The position numbers and the translations under genes are program-made. From Sphingobacteriales bacterium (GTDB taxonomy: Bacteria; Bacteroidota; Bacteroidia; Sphingobacteriales; Sphingobacteriaceae), in NCBI GenBank assembly GCA_028288165.1, contig JAQBOG010000036.1:11202-75201 (forward strand): a DNA stretch of 64,000 nt. Reading direction: 5' to 3'. Shown here one piece after another: positions 50,666-60,412 of the stretch (positions are counted from its first letter, which is position 1; each line of letters begins with the position of its first letter). The notes below the pieces were generated by a model. It saw nothing but the letters and a program-made list of their open reading frames with translations, ran no database searches and was not told the origin of the DNA.

Positions 50666-51196
50666 TTAATTTGTGGTGCCTGGTGAAGCACTAAATCCTA
50701 GACTAGCTTTCACACTTAAATCAACGTTCAATTGATCTTTTAGTACATATTCCATTCTAATTCGAACAGACGAGCTCTTTAAGTACGAATCTAAAAATTT
50801 AGAATTATCGATATCTAAAACAAGAGAGTTGCCTGGATTTGAAGATATATCGGTTCTGTTTGCAACTAAAACTTCTGACGACCCATCCCCCATAGATATG
50901 AAAACTTTAACCGATCTAAACACACCCAAATTTTGATTGGCCGGACTGCTTGCTATGATTTTAGCAGACGTGATTCTCACTTCTTTAATGTTCTCATTAT
51001 TAGTAGTTTTTCCGGTAAATATTTGGTCAAAACTTGTAGCAGAACTTCGAGCGGATAATGTCGAGTTAACATTCGAAGACGACGGAATAATTAACGTTGC
51101 TGTATACGGAAAAGAAGATCTTACGATTGACTGTACGGTTGCACATCCTGTTAAGAGTATTGAAACGGCTAGAAACGCCGTAATTGCTTGTTTCAT
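50666..51196 (-). CDS. Hypothetical lipoprotein
   Basis: Lipobox LTGC; beta-rich body. Confidence 0.8.
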   Translation of the reverse strand: MKQAITAFLAVSILLTGCATVQSIVRSSFPYTATLIIPSSSNVNSTLSARSSATSFDQIFTGKTTNNENIKEVRITSAKIIASSPANQNLGVFRSVKVFISMGDGSSEVLVANRTDISSNPGNSLVLDIDNSKFLDSYLKSSSVRIRMEYVLKDQLNVDLSVKASLGFSASPGTTN

Positions 51197-51227
51197 AACG
51201 AATAGTTTTTATGTAAACACCTATAAA

Positions 51228-51244
51228 GGCAAAAGCTGTTCCAA
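51228..51244 (-). promoter_or_regulatory. Sigma-54 (-24/-12) promoter
   Basis: Minus strand TTGGAACAGCTTTTGCC = GG-N10-GC, 31 nt upstream of the ATG at 51196. Confidence 0.6.
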
Positions 51245-51312
51245 CAAGTAAAATTTTTCTGGTAGTTTGGCTCTTAACACTAAATTAGTGATTGTATATT
51301 ATTAAAAATCCT

Positions 51313-51346
51313 ATAGCTTTTATCTATATGGTATCGAAAAATGTAT
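51313..51346 (+). promoter_or_regulatory. Putative OxyR site upstream of ahpC
   Basis: ATAG-N7-CTAT at 51313-51327 plus a degenerate second half; TACATTTG promoter at 51381-51388. Confidence 0.6.
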
Positions 51347-51412
51347 TCCTTAAAAGGTTGGTAGCACGGGTTTATAGCCATACATTTGCCCCATATTAAA
51401 AAGATACTAATT

Positions 51413-51955
51413 ATGATTACGATAGGACAAAAATTCCCTTCATTTGAGAAGACGGCAGTAGTAAGCCTTGAAAAAGGTAAAGAATTTGAAGTTTTAAATT
51501 CAGAATATTTTACCAATGAGGATAATGTTTGGACGGTTATGTTTTGGTGGCCTAAGGATTTTACGTTTGTATGCCCTACTGAAATTGCAGAATTTAACAA
51601 AGCGTTTGGCGAATTCAGAGATAGAGACACTCGTTTAATTGGTGCTTCAACTGATTCTGAGTATGTACACTTAGCTTGGAGAAATAACCATGATGATTTA
51701 CGTGATTTAAAATTCCCGATGCTTGCTGACACTTCAAAATCACTAGCTGAAGAATTAGGCATATTAGAGCCAAACGAAAAAATTGCATACCGTGCAACAT
51801 TTATCATCGATCCGACTGGTGTTATTCGTTGGGTTTGTGTAAACGACTTGAACGTTGGACGTAATGTTAAAGAAGTTTTACGTGTTTTAGATGGTTTACA
51901 AACTGATGAACTTTGCCCTTGTAACTGGGAAAAAGGTCAAGAAACCATCGCTTAA
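51413..51955 (+). CDS. ahpC: 2-Cys peroxiredoxin AhpC
   Basis: PKDFTFVCPTE and ELCPCNW motifs; start moved to ATG 51413. Confidence 0.95.
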   Translation: MITIGQKFPSFEKTAVVSLEKGKEFEVLNSEYFTNEDNVWTVMFWWPKDFTFVCPTEIAEFNKAFGEFRDRDTRLIGASTDSEYVHLAWRNNHDDLRDLKFPMLADTSKSLAEELGILEPNEKIAYRATFIIDPTGVIRWVCVNDLNVGRNVKEVLRVLDGLQTDELCPCNWEKGQETIA

Positions 51956-51975
51956 TTATTTGTTTATTTAACATC

Positions 51976-52002
51976 AAATCCTCGCCGAAAGCGGGGATTT
52001 TT
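51976..52002 (+). terminator. Terminator-like hairpin between ahpC and ahpD
   Basis: aaatcctcgc-cgaaa-gcggggattt followed by T residues. Confidence 0.65.
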
Positions 52003-52019
52003 AATTAAAGAAAGTAAAG

Positions 52020-52604
52020 ATGAACGAAAGTACAGAAGTAATAAATGAATTATTAGGAATTGTAGGTTTAGATGCAACTTATAGAAATGACAGCTTGGAT
52101 TTGCTTGAAATTGGTGAATCAAAGTATTTGAGAGACCTAAAACTAAACTTTAATAGCACACTTGCCTCAGAACATCTGAGCGGTAAAGAAATAGCATTAG
52201 TAGGTTTAAGCACAGCAGTGAATAATAGTAACAAGCCATTAATACATTTCTTTACTGCATTTGCTCAAAAGAACGAAGCTACTAAAGAAGAAATTGCAGA
52301 GGCGGTTTCATGCGCATCATTGCTGGCCTCGAATAACATTTTTTACAGGTTTAGACACTTCACGCAGAAAGAAAAATACACGCAAATTCCTGCCCGTATT
52401 CGTATGCAAATTATGGTGAAACCAGTAACTGGAAAAGAGTTTTTTGAATTGTTAAGTTTAGCTGTTTCCGCCATAAATGGATGTGAAATGTGCGTAAATG
52501 CCCATGAAGATTCACTTATTAAATTAGGCACCACTGAAGAGCGCATATTTGATGCTGTCCGCATCGCTTCTCTCGTAACGGCCACAGGAAAAGTGATTTA
52601 CTAA
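52020..52604 (+). CDS. ahpD: AhpD-like alkylhydroperoxidase (CMD family)
   Basis: NNIFYRFRH and LAVSAINGCEMCVNAHE (CxxCxxxH) motifs. Confidence 0.9.
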   Translation: MNESTEVINELLGIVGLDATYRNDSLDLLEIGESKYLRDLKLNFNSTLASEHLSGKEIALVGLSTAVNNSNKPLIHFFTAFAQKNEATKEEIAEAVSCASLLASNNIFYRFRHFTQKEKYTQIPARIRMQIMVKPVTGKEFFELLSLAVSAINGCEMCVNAHEDSLIKLGTTEERIFDAVRIASLVTATGKVIY

Positions 52605-52815
52605 ATATGCAGATGTGTAACAAATGAAAAAATGTGGAAAACTTATTCCCAACATCTGTTAAAAAATATTTAATTTTAAAGCTTAAAGGTTAATCAACCT
52701 AAGGTCAATTTCATATTATCACATAATATATTGTAATACAAAAAAGCAGCGATGCATATTTGGTGCGCAAATAAATTAGCTTTAGGTTTACAGGTTTTTA
52801 AGTGTAATTTTTGGA

Positions 52816-52852
52816 AATAAAGGGTCAGGGTTGTGTAACCTGACCCTTTATT
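52816..52852. terminator. Intrinsic terminator after the efflux operon
   Basis: 14-bp stem aataaagggtcagg/cctgaccctttatt. Confidence 0.8.
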
Positions 52853-52856
52853 CGTT

Positions 52857-54404
52857 TTAATGAACGTCTACCGGAATCTGTACGTTTTTCTTAAATTTCT
52901 GTAAAAAGATCATTGGTATAGAACATAACATAATGATACCAACCAGCCAATACGCTTCTGTATAGGTTAATAACATAGTTTGTTTCATTACAGCACCTTC
53001 TATTGCTTTTAATGCACCTTGTTGAGCATCTAACAAAGAATAGCCTTTAGCCATAAAGCTTTTTACAATCATATTAAACCGTTCGTTAAACGCTGGATTA
53101 TACACATTTACATGTTCAATTAAAGTACTTCTGTGCACACCTTGGCGAATATGCAGTAAAGTAGTTAACGCTGCGATACCGAACGAACCGCCTAATTGGC
53201 GCATCATGTTATTTAAGCCGGAGCCCTGACCGATTTCATGTCCTTTCAAATCCTGTAAAGCTAGCGTGGTTAAAGGCACAAATAGTAAAGCCATACCTGC
53301 ACCGCGAATAATTAACGGCCACATAAATTCGTTGGTGCCAGATGATAAGGACGAATTGCTTAACATATTCAAGAAAACGAAAAACAAAAGCATGCCTCCG
53401 GTTGCCATAAATTGCGCAGGGATTTTTTTCTTTAACATCATCCCGATAAAAGGCATCAAAACGATTGTAACCAAACCTCCCGGAAACATTAATTCGCCGG
53501 TTTGTTGTGCGGTGAAGCCCAATAGTTGCTGGCAAAATATCGGGAAAATAAATACCGAGCCGTATAACCCGAATCCTAAAATAAAGGAAGTGAACATACC
53601 TACCGCAAAACTTCTGTGTCGAAGTATCTTAAAGTTAACAATTGGATGGTCTGTGGTCATTTCCCTCCAAATGAAAAATAGTAAGCCTAAAACAGATGAT
53701 ACTGCTAAAGCGGTGATATACGGCGTTGCAAACCAATCCTCGCTCTCTCCTTTTTCAAGCACGGTTTGCAAACTACCCACAGCTATGGCTAGCAATGCAA
53801 TTCCCCACCAGTCCACGGGTTGTCCTTGGTTCTCCTTAGGCGTTTCCCTGATATAAGTAATGGTAAAATAAGCAGCTAAGGCACCTACCGGGATGTTGAC
53901 ATAAAATATCCACGGCCATGAAAAGTGATCAGTAATGTACCCTCCAATGGTTGGCCCTACGGTTGGCCCAACTACGGCTCCTAAACCAAACAGAGCAGTT
54001 GCAATACCTAAATCTTCTTTTGGCCAGGTTTCAATCAGGATAGCTTGAGAGGTTGAAATTAAACCACCACCAGCAAGTCCCTGCAATATCCGGAATAAAA
54101 TAAGCTCGTTTAAATTGTCTGCGTTGCCGCATAGAAATGAGGCGATAGTGAAAACAATAATCGAAAACAAAAAATAGTTTTTACGGCCAAATCTACTTCC
54201 TAGCCATCCGGACATAGGCAAAATAATCACATTAGCTACAGCATATCCGGTTGTAATCCAGGCAACGTCTTCTAATGTCGCACCCAAGTTACCTTGAATT
54301 TGAGGCATTGATACATTGACAATAGTTGTATCAATAAGCTCTAATAAAGCTGCGGTTATAACGGTAATTGTTATAATCCATTTACGTAAGCCTTGCTCCG
54401 CCAT
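52857..54404 (-). CDS. DHA2 (EmrB/QacA) MFS efflux permease
   Basis: DTTIVNV, WITTGY, RFGRK, FRILQG, GPTIGG and WIFYVNIPVG motifs. Confidence 0.95.
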   Translation of the reverse strand: MAEQGLRKWIITITVITAALLELIDTTIVNVSMPQIQGNLGATLEDVAWITTGYAVANVIILPMSGWLGSRFGRKNYFLFSIIVFTIASFLCGNADNLNELILFRILQGLAGGGLISTSQAILIETWPKEDLGIATALFGLGAVVGPTVGPTIGGYITDHFSWPWIFYVNIPVGALAAYFTITYIRETPKENQGQPVDWWGIALLAIAVGSLQTVLEKGESEDWFATPYITALAVSSVLGLLFFIWREMTTDHPIVNFKILRHRSFAVGMFTSFILGFGLYGSVFIFPIFCQQLLGFTAQQTGELMFPGGLVTIVLMPFIGMMLKKKIPAQFMATGGMLLFFVFLNMLSNSSLSSGTNEFMWPLIIRGAGMALLFVPLTTLALQDLKGHEIGQGSGLNNMMRQLGGSFGIAALTTLLHIRQGVHRSTLIEHVNVYNPAFNERFNMIVKSFMAKGYSLLDAQQGALKAIEGAVMKQTMLLTYTEAYWLVGIIMLCSIPMIFLQKFKKNVQIPVDVH

Positions 54405-54406
54405 AA

Positions 54407-55447
54407 TTATCCTTCTACTGAAACAGAAACCTTCACACTCATACCTGGGCGAAGTTTTTTAAGCACCTCATTACCATGAGTTATTTTAATTTTTACCGGT
54501 ATGCGTTGCACCACTTTAACATAGTTTCCAGAAGCGTTATCTGGAGGAAGTAATGAGAACTTAGCACCTGTAGCAGGCGAAAAATTATAGATCTCACCTT
54601 CAACCTGGGCTTCAGGAAAAGCATCGACCTTAATATCCACTTTCTGTCCGGCGCTTAGTTTTTCTAATTGAGTTTCTTTAAAGTTTGCAGTTACAAATAG
54701 GCTATTGTCGTTCACTACCGAAAACAAAGTTTGCCCGGCTTGCACAAGCTGACCTTTTTGAACACTCTTTTTTGATATGATACCACTAGATGGTGAGGTG
54801 ATCGCTGTATACGATAATTGCAACTGAGCATAATCTACATCAGCATGTTTTTGGTCAACACCTGTATTGGTAACCCGAAGCTGCGAACGGGTGGTGCCAA
54901 CTTGCTCTACAGATGCTTTATGCTGATCTACCGCTGCTTGATAATTAGCTTGTGCGGTCTCTTTTTGTGCCCTTACCTGATCAAACTGTTGTTGAGTGAT
55001 GGCGCCATCTTTTACGAGATTAGCATATCTTTCGAAGTCTTTTGTTGCTTGCCATAACTTTACTCTGGCGGCTTCAACCCCTGCTTTCGCAGTGCTTGAA
55101 TTGGCGGCAGTGGCAGATATTTGAGCCTGGTTAACACCGATACCCGCATTGGCGCCACGTTGAGCGGCAACCGTTTGTTCAAGCTTAATCTTGTAATCAC
55201 GATCATCTAACTTAACCAGTAATTGGTTTTGGTTTACATGCTGATTTTCTTCAAACAAAATTGAATCTACATATCCCCCAACCCTGGCAACTACCGGACT
55301 AATATCTCCATCAATTTGTGCATCATCTGTATCAACATGTTTGCTAAAATAGATGTACTCTTTAATTCCGAATATGGCACCACCAATAATTACTATAAGC
55401 AATATGAATGGAATAATATTTCTCTTTTTCTTCTCTTGGGTTTCCAT
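54407..55447 (-). CDS. EmrA/HlyD-family membrane fusion protein
   Basis: TDDAQI, ANFKETQL and FSLLPPDNASGNYVKVVQRIPV motifs. Confidence 0.95.
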   Translation of the reverse strand: METQEKKKRNIIPFILLIVIIGGAIFGIKEYIYFSKHVDTDDAQIDGDISPVVARVGGYVDSILFEENQHVNQNQLLVKLDDRDYKIKLEQTVAAQRGANAGIGVNQAQISATAANSSTAKAGVEAARVKLWQATKDFERYANLVKDGAITQQQFDQVRAQKETAQANYQAAVDQHKASVEQVGTTRSQLRVTNTGVDQKHADVDYAQLQLSYTAITSPSSGIISKKSVQKGQLVQAGQTLFSVVNDNSLFVTANFKETQLEKLSAGQKVDIKVDAFPEAQVEGEIYNFSPATGAKFSLLPPDNASGNYVKVVQRIPVKIKITHGNEVLKKLRPGMSVKVSVSVEG

Positions 55448-55451
55448 GTTA

Positions 55452-56816
55452 TTAATTATTGATTGATAAAGTTCCTGAGGATTTTAGTAATGTGAAGTAA
55501 GCTAGCTGTGCATCAGCTTTAGCTATTTCATAGTTTATTAATGTTTGATAAAGTTGCGTTTCGGCATCAATTCTCTCTGTTACTGATGCTACGTTGTTTC
55601 GGTATTTTGATTCTAGAATGCGGTTGTTTTCACGAGCCTGCTCAATAGATGTTTCCAGTATTTGGATTTTACTGATGGAATGATTATAGTTTTGATAATC
55701 CTGATTTACTTGAGTCTTAACCTGATCGGTAAATAAATCATTTGAAAGCTGCACTTCAGATCGCTGAATTTTTGCTTCGGCAACTTTATTTTTATTTAAC
55801 CATAAACCGTCAAACTTCCATGATAGTGTTGCTCCGATTGTAATTGGCGCAATAAAGCTGTTGGATGGTGGGATGATTTTACCACTTGGGTTGATGTAAT
55901 ACGCATTTGTACCTACCAAAACTGTTGGCAATACTTCAGCAGTTACAGATTTTATATTTGTTTCAGCCTGCTTACCGCGAAGCGCTAATGACTTAATTTC
56001 TTCCCTGTTTTGTAAAGCGGAATCAATGTAATTTGAAAGAAGCTTCAATGTACCTGTACCCGATTTCAGTTCATCAATCTGAACAACGGTATTATCTTTA
56101 AATCCTAACAAAATATTTAGGTTGTAATTTACTACGTCGCTGTTGGTTTTTAAATCTAAGCCTGTAAGCTGTACATTGCTGCGTTGAAGTTGAAACCTCA
56201 GCAAGTCGTTTTTGGTAACAATACCCTGCTCAAAAAACTGTTTTGTTTGTTTAATCTGCTTATCAATATCCTCCAAATTTTGTTTCACAACATTTTGGCT
56301 TTGGGCTAACTTATATAAGTTGAAATAGGTGTTAAGAATGTTAAAAACGATATCACGTTTATCTTTCTCTGCATCCAATTTGGCACTTTGAATCAACAGG
56401 TCAGTAGATTCTTTAGCGTAACGTAAGCGATTACCTCCAAAAACAACTTCCTGTAACGACAATGTTCCGATGTAAGCGTCTGCCCTGTTCGGTAAATGAA
56501 TGGGATCACTACCTCCGCCTAATTGAAAAGTTGAGGTAGGAATTTCTGCATGATTATAGGCCAGACTGGTGCTTCCGGTTGGTAAGGCTCTGTCTTTAAC
56601 CTGATTGTATTTTGAAACCGCTTCGTCTATTTTTGCTTGTGAAAGTTTAATTTGCTTGCTATTTTCAATACCTATCTTGATTGCCTCCTGTAAGCTCAGT
56701 TTTTTAACTTCTTGGGCATTTGAGTTTAAACTAAAAAACAAACTGAGGTAGGTAATATGTCGCGTTAGTATGTGGCTCCTTATTTTATTAAAGTAATGCG
56801 TAATCATAAAATTCAT
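55452..56816 (-). CDS. TolC-family outer-membrane efflux protein
   Basis: LSLQEAI..GIEN, two OEP helical repeats, operon context. Confidence 0.92.
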   Translation of the reverse strand: MNFMITHYFNKIRSHILTRHITYLSLFFSLNSNAQEVKKLSLQEAIKIGIENSKQIKLSQAKIDEAVSKYNQVKDRALPTGSTSLAYNHAEIPTSTFQLGGGSDPIHLPNRADAYIGTLSLQEVVFGGNRLRYAKESTDLLIQSAKLDAEKDKRDIVFNILNTYFNLYKLAQSQNVVKQNLEDIDKQIKQTKQFFEQGIVTKNDLLRFQLQRSNVQLTGLDLKTNSDVVNYNLNILLGFKDNTVVQIDELKSGTGTLKLLSNYIDSALQNREEIKSLALRGKQAETNIKSVTAEVLPTVLVGTNAYYINPSGKIIPPSNSFIAPITIGATLSWKFDGLWLNKNKVAEAKIQRSEVQLSNDLFTDQVKTQVNQDYQNYNHSISKIQILETSIEQARENNRILESKYRNNVASVTERIDAETQLYQTLINYEIAKADAQLAYFTLLKSSGTLSINN

Positions 56817-56817
56817 A

Positions 56818-57453
56818 TTAATTGTGTTTAGTCAGATGTGCCGTTAATAAATCATTCAAATGAAGTTTAAGACGTGGCTTAATTTCTTCTTCTAAAACTT
56901 TTGGGTCTTCAAGATCTTTACCTATTAATTTTGATGCGATTTGCGAAGAATTAACGATATAAAATTTGGTGCCGAATATGCTTGCAACCGTAAACTCCAC
57001 ATCAACTTTGCGAAAAGTGCCATTATCTACACCTTCCTGAATAGTGCGCTTTACTTCGTTCACATTCTTCAAAAGACTCTCGATAACATATTCTGAGATT
57101 TCTGACCGCTGATGTAAGGAAAGCTGATGATGCATGAGGCGGTGAAAGCAATTATTGTTCATAACCCGATCTACATATAAATCGATGCATCTACGCAGTT
57201 TCTCCCATGAAGAGATGTCTTCCTCGTTTAGGTTCATTAAAGTTTGACGAAATGATCCAAGCCGGCGCTCTAAAACGGCTTTATATAAACCATCTTTTGA
57301 ACCGAAATAATAGTTCAACATGGCCATGTTTACGTTCGCTTCTTTAGCAATAATTCGCGTAGAGGCTCCTTCGTAACCTAATTCTGAGAAAAGCTTTTCA
57401 GCTACATCCAGAATTGGCTCTTTCTTGTCTGATTTTTCTGATTGTAAATTCAC
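56818..57453 (-). CDS. TetR/AcrR-family regulator
   Basis: ILDVAEKLFSELGYEGASTRIIAKEANVNMAMLNYYFGSK HTH. Confidence 0.95.
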   Translation of the reverse strand: MNLQSEKSDKKEPILDVAEKLFSELGYEGASTRIIAKEANVNMAMLNYYFGSKDGLYKAVLERRLGSFRQTLMNLNEEDISSWEKLRRCIDLYVDRVMNNNCFHRLMHHQLSLHQRSEISEYVIESLLKNVNEVKRTIQEGVDNGTFRKVDVEFTVASIFGTKFYIVNSSQIASKLIGKDLEDPKVLEEEIKPRLKLHLNDLLTAHLTKHN

Positions 57454-57463
57454 AGCACAAAAC

Positions 57464-57481
57464 TAATCAATCGATTGATTA
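57464..57481. promoter_or_regulatory. TetR operator (perfect 18-bp palindrome)
   Basis: taatcaatcgattgatta overlaps the TAGTTTTG promoter (57458-57465); partial second copy at 57540-57552. Confidence 0.8.
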
Positions 57482-57668
57482 ATTAAAATTAAAAGCTCTG
57501 TATATACATTAAGTAGCTGATAAACAGATAAGTAAAATTTAATCAATCGATTAACAACGCTTGTTTGTTACTATTTTTCATGCCCGTGTTCAGTCTTTGT
57601 ATTGTAACATCTTTGTCTATCTGGAGCAAGCAAAATATTTTGGTTATTTTCGATGCCTAACATTACAG

Positions 57669-60119
57669 ATGAAAATCAGATCATTCATTTTTTCCATCCT
57701 CGCCGCATTGCCAATTGTTGTTAATGCGCAATCAGCTGTCCAGTACAATTCAGCAGAGATAAAACTAAAACTTCAAAAGCTTAATACTTTAGGAAGTGCC
57801 TTATATATTGCCGCTCACCCAGATGATGAGAACACTCGTTTATTAGGATATCTGGCTAATGAAAAGAATGTTCGTACTGGATATTTATCACTAACAAGAG
57901 GAGATGGCGGTCAAAACTTAATAGGGAACGAGCAAGCTGAACTACTCGGCTTAATACGGACACAGGAATTGTTGGCTGCTAGAAGAGTCGATGGCGCTGA
58001 ACAGTTTTTTACAAGAGCTGTAGATTTCGGGTTTTCCAAAACTTCTGATGAAACATTTAAAATTTGGGGTAAAAACCAAATCTTGGCAGACGCTGTCTGG
58101 GTGATCAGAAAATTTAGACCAGATGTAATTATCACTCGTTTTCCAGAAGATGCAAGAGCTGGGCATGGGCATCATGCTGCTTCTGCTATTATTGCACGTG
58201 AAGCGTTTGTGGCTGCAGCTGATCCGAAAATGTTTCCGGAGCAATTGAAGTATGTTCAAATATGGCAGGCAAAACGAATTGTTTGGAATACGTTCAACTT
58301 CGGAGGCAATAATAACACCGCTATCTCCGAAGATCAATTCAAGCTGGATGTGGGAGCTTACAATGCATTACTTGGGAAGAGCTATGGCGAAATAGCTGCC
58401 GAAAGTCGATCTAAGCATAAAAGCCAAGGGTTTGGTAGTGCTAAACAACGTGGTCAGTCTTATGAATACTTCTCACCAGTTGGTGGTCAAACCTCTAAGA
58501 CCGACTTGTTTGACGGTGTTGATTTGAGTTGGAATAGAACAAATACAGCAACTATTCAAAAGTTGGTAAATGAGGCAAACCAAAATTACAACCAAATTAA
58601 TCCTTCAGCATCGGTACCTATTTTGATCAAAACTCTTTCTGAAATTGAAAAAATGAAAGATGGTTTTTGGAAAGAACAGAAAGAAAAGGAAGTTAAGAAC
58701 TTGATTTTGGCTTGCGCCGGATTGTGGTTCGAAACGTACGCTGATGAACCAAACTATGCAATCGGCGACAGCCTAAAAACCCATACTCAATTTGTACTAA
58801 GAAGTAGTATTCCTGTTAGCGTTAATTCTGTCAATAATTTAAAAAAGGATAGCACGTTGAATAATACGCTTAAAACCATTGATAGCAAAGTTTTGGCAAC
58901 CAAATCATCACAACCTTATTGGCTTGCCGAAAAACATTTAACAGGTCAATATTTGATTAATGATCAGCTGTTAGTTGGCAATGCAGAAAATGTAAATTCT
59001 TTGAAAGTTCAGGTTCAACTGTCTATCGCTGGAAAAGTTTTAACCTTTGATAGCCCAGTAATTTACAAGTATACCGATCCTGTAAACGGAGAAATTTATC
59101 AGCCATTAGCAATTGCACCTCCAATTACTGCTACACTTTCAGAAAAGGCGTATGCTTTTGCAGGAAGTTCAACAAAAACAATTCATGTTTACTTAAGGAG
59201 CTTTCGTGATAACAGTTCAGGTAAATTAATACCACAAGTGCCTCCTGGATGGGTGGTTTCTCCTAAATCCATCGATATTAAATTTGCTAAAAAAGGCGAT
59301 GAGCAAACTGCTGACTTCTTAGTTACTCCTTTCGGCAATGTAAGTTCGGGGAACATTTCTTTGCTGATATCTGATGAAGGAAAAACGTATAATGAGGGTT
59401 TGAAAATCGTTTCATACAATCATATTCCTTTGCAAACACTATTTCCACAAGCAGAAGCCAGGGCAGAAAAAATTGATTTAAAAATCAGCGGAAAGCGAAT
59501 AGCCTACATTCCCGGAGCGGGGGATTTAGTTCCAGAAGCGTTAAAACAGGTTGGATACGATGTAACCATATTATCCGAAAATCAGGCGGCAAATTTTGAT
59601 CTGTCGGGTTATGATGCAATCATAACCGGAATTAGAACGTATAATGTAAACGATCGAATGAAATTTTTGCAGCCAAAACTACTTAAGTATGTAGAAAACG
59701 GCGGAACTCTTCTTGTACAATATAATGTGAATAATGGTCTCAAGCTTCAGGATATTGGCCCTTATCCTTTCAAATTAAGCAGAAATAGAGTTACTGAAGA
59801 AGATGCAAAAGTGACGTTCCTGGCACCGAATCATCAAGTTTTAAACTTTCCAAATAAAATAGCTGAAGCGGATTTTACTGGCTGGATTCAAGAACGAGGT
59901 TTATATTTTGTAACAGATGCCGACCCGAAATACACCTCTATCTTGAGTATGAAAGATACGAATGAAGCCGATAATGACGGATCACTGATTGTTGCCGACT
60001 ATGGTAAAGGAAAGTTTGTTTATACCTCTTTAGTATTTTTCAGGGAATTACCGGCCGGAGTACCCGGAGCATATAGATTATTTGTAAATTTGATCGCAAA
60101 ATCACAACCTAAATTATAA
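57669..60119 (+). CDS. PIG-L/LmbE-family deacetylase, large secreted form with a C-terminal GATase-like domain
   Basis: AAHPDDE, RTQEL, DFGFSK and HGHH motifs; signal peptide from ATG 57669. Confidence 0.9.
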   Translation: MKIRSFIFSILAALPIVVNAQSAVQYNSAEIKLKLQKLNTLGSALYIAAHPDDENTRLLGYLANEKNVRTGYLSLTRGDGGQNLIGNEQAELLGLIRTQELLAARRVDGAEQFFTRAVDFGFSKTSDETFKIWGKNQILADAVWVIRKFRPDVIITRFPEDARAGHGHHAASAIIAREAFVAAADPKMFPEQLKYVQIWQAKRIVWNTFNFGGNNNTAISEDQFKLDVGAYNALLGKSYGEIAAESRSKHKSQGFGSAKQRGQSYEYFSPVGGQTSKTDLFDGVDLSWNRTNTATIQKLVNEANQNYNQINPSASVPILIKTLSEIEKMKDGFWKEQKEKEVKNLILACAGLWFETYADEPNYAIGDSLKTHTQFVLRSSIPVSVNSVNNLKKDSTLNNTLKTIDSKVLATKSSQPYWLAEKHLTGQYLINDQLLVGNAENVNSLKVQVQLSIAGKVLTFDSPVIYKYTDPVNGEIYQPLAIAPPITATLSEKAYAFAGSSTKTIHVYLRSFRDNSSGKLIPQVPPGWVVSPKSIDIKFAKKGDEQTADFLVTPFGNVSSGNISLLISDEGKTYNEGLKIVSYNHIPLQTLFPQAEARAEKIDLKISGKRIAYIPGAGDLVPEALKQVGYDVTILSENQAANFDLSGYDAIITGIRTYNVNDRMKFLQPKLLKYVENGGTLLVQYNVNNGLKLQDIGPYPFKLSRNRVTEEDAKVTFLAPNHQVLNFPNKIAEADFTGWIQERGLYFVTDADPKYTSILSMKDTNEADNDGSLIVADYGKGKFVYTSLVFFRELPAGVPGAYRLFVNLIAKSQPKL

Positions 60120-60304
60120 TGGCAAATCATACAGAAAAAAACAATACAGACGCTTACTACTACATTCCCGCAATATTAGGCGGAATATTAACTGCTTGGG
60201 TTGTAACCGGATCTTTTGGTTACATCATTTTAGGAGCCATCTTAGGACTTTTATCAGCTGGTTTCTTTGTGAATGTTGTTGCTAAAAGAGATGAGGAAGT
60301 CTGA
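60119..60304 (+). CDS. Small two-TM membrane protein
   Basis: 61 aa; coupled TAATG junction with the PIG-L gene; two hydrophobic helices. Confidence 0.7.
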   Translation: MANHTEKNNTDAYYYIPAILGGILTAWVVTGSFGYIILGAILGLLSAGFFVNVVAKRDEEV

Positions 60305-60412
60305 TCAAGACCTTCCACCATTCATAAAAAGCTGGAACCAGTTTTATAAAATCTTAATTATCTGGCTGGTTCTGCTTATTATATTCTTTTATAGCTTCAC
60401 CCTGTACTTCCA

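Noticed and set aside
52605-52740. Weak octamer-like repeats (aatatgca gatgtgta..aatgtgga) after ahpD
   Set aside because: Too degenerate to define a repeat unit confidently.
2237-59419. Numerous short ORFs (60-200 aa) antisense to or nested in long genes, e.g. 2237-2476, 7443-7751, 51280-51807, 53266-53856, 57951-58337
   Set aside because: They are shadows of well-supported genes on the opposite strand or frame and have no recognisable motifs.
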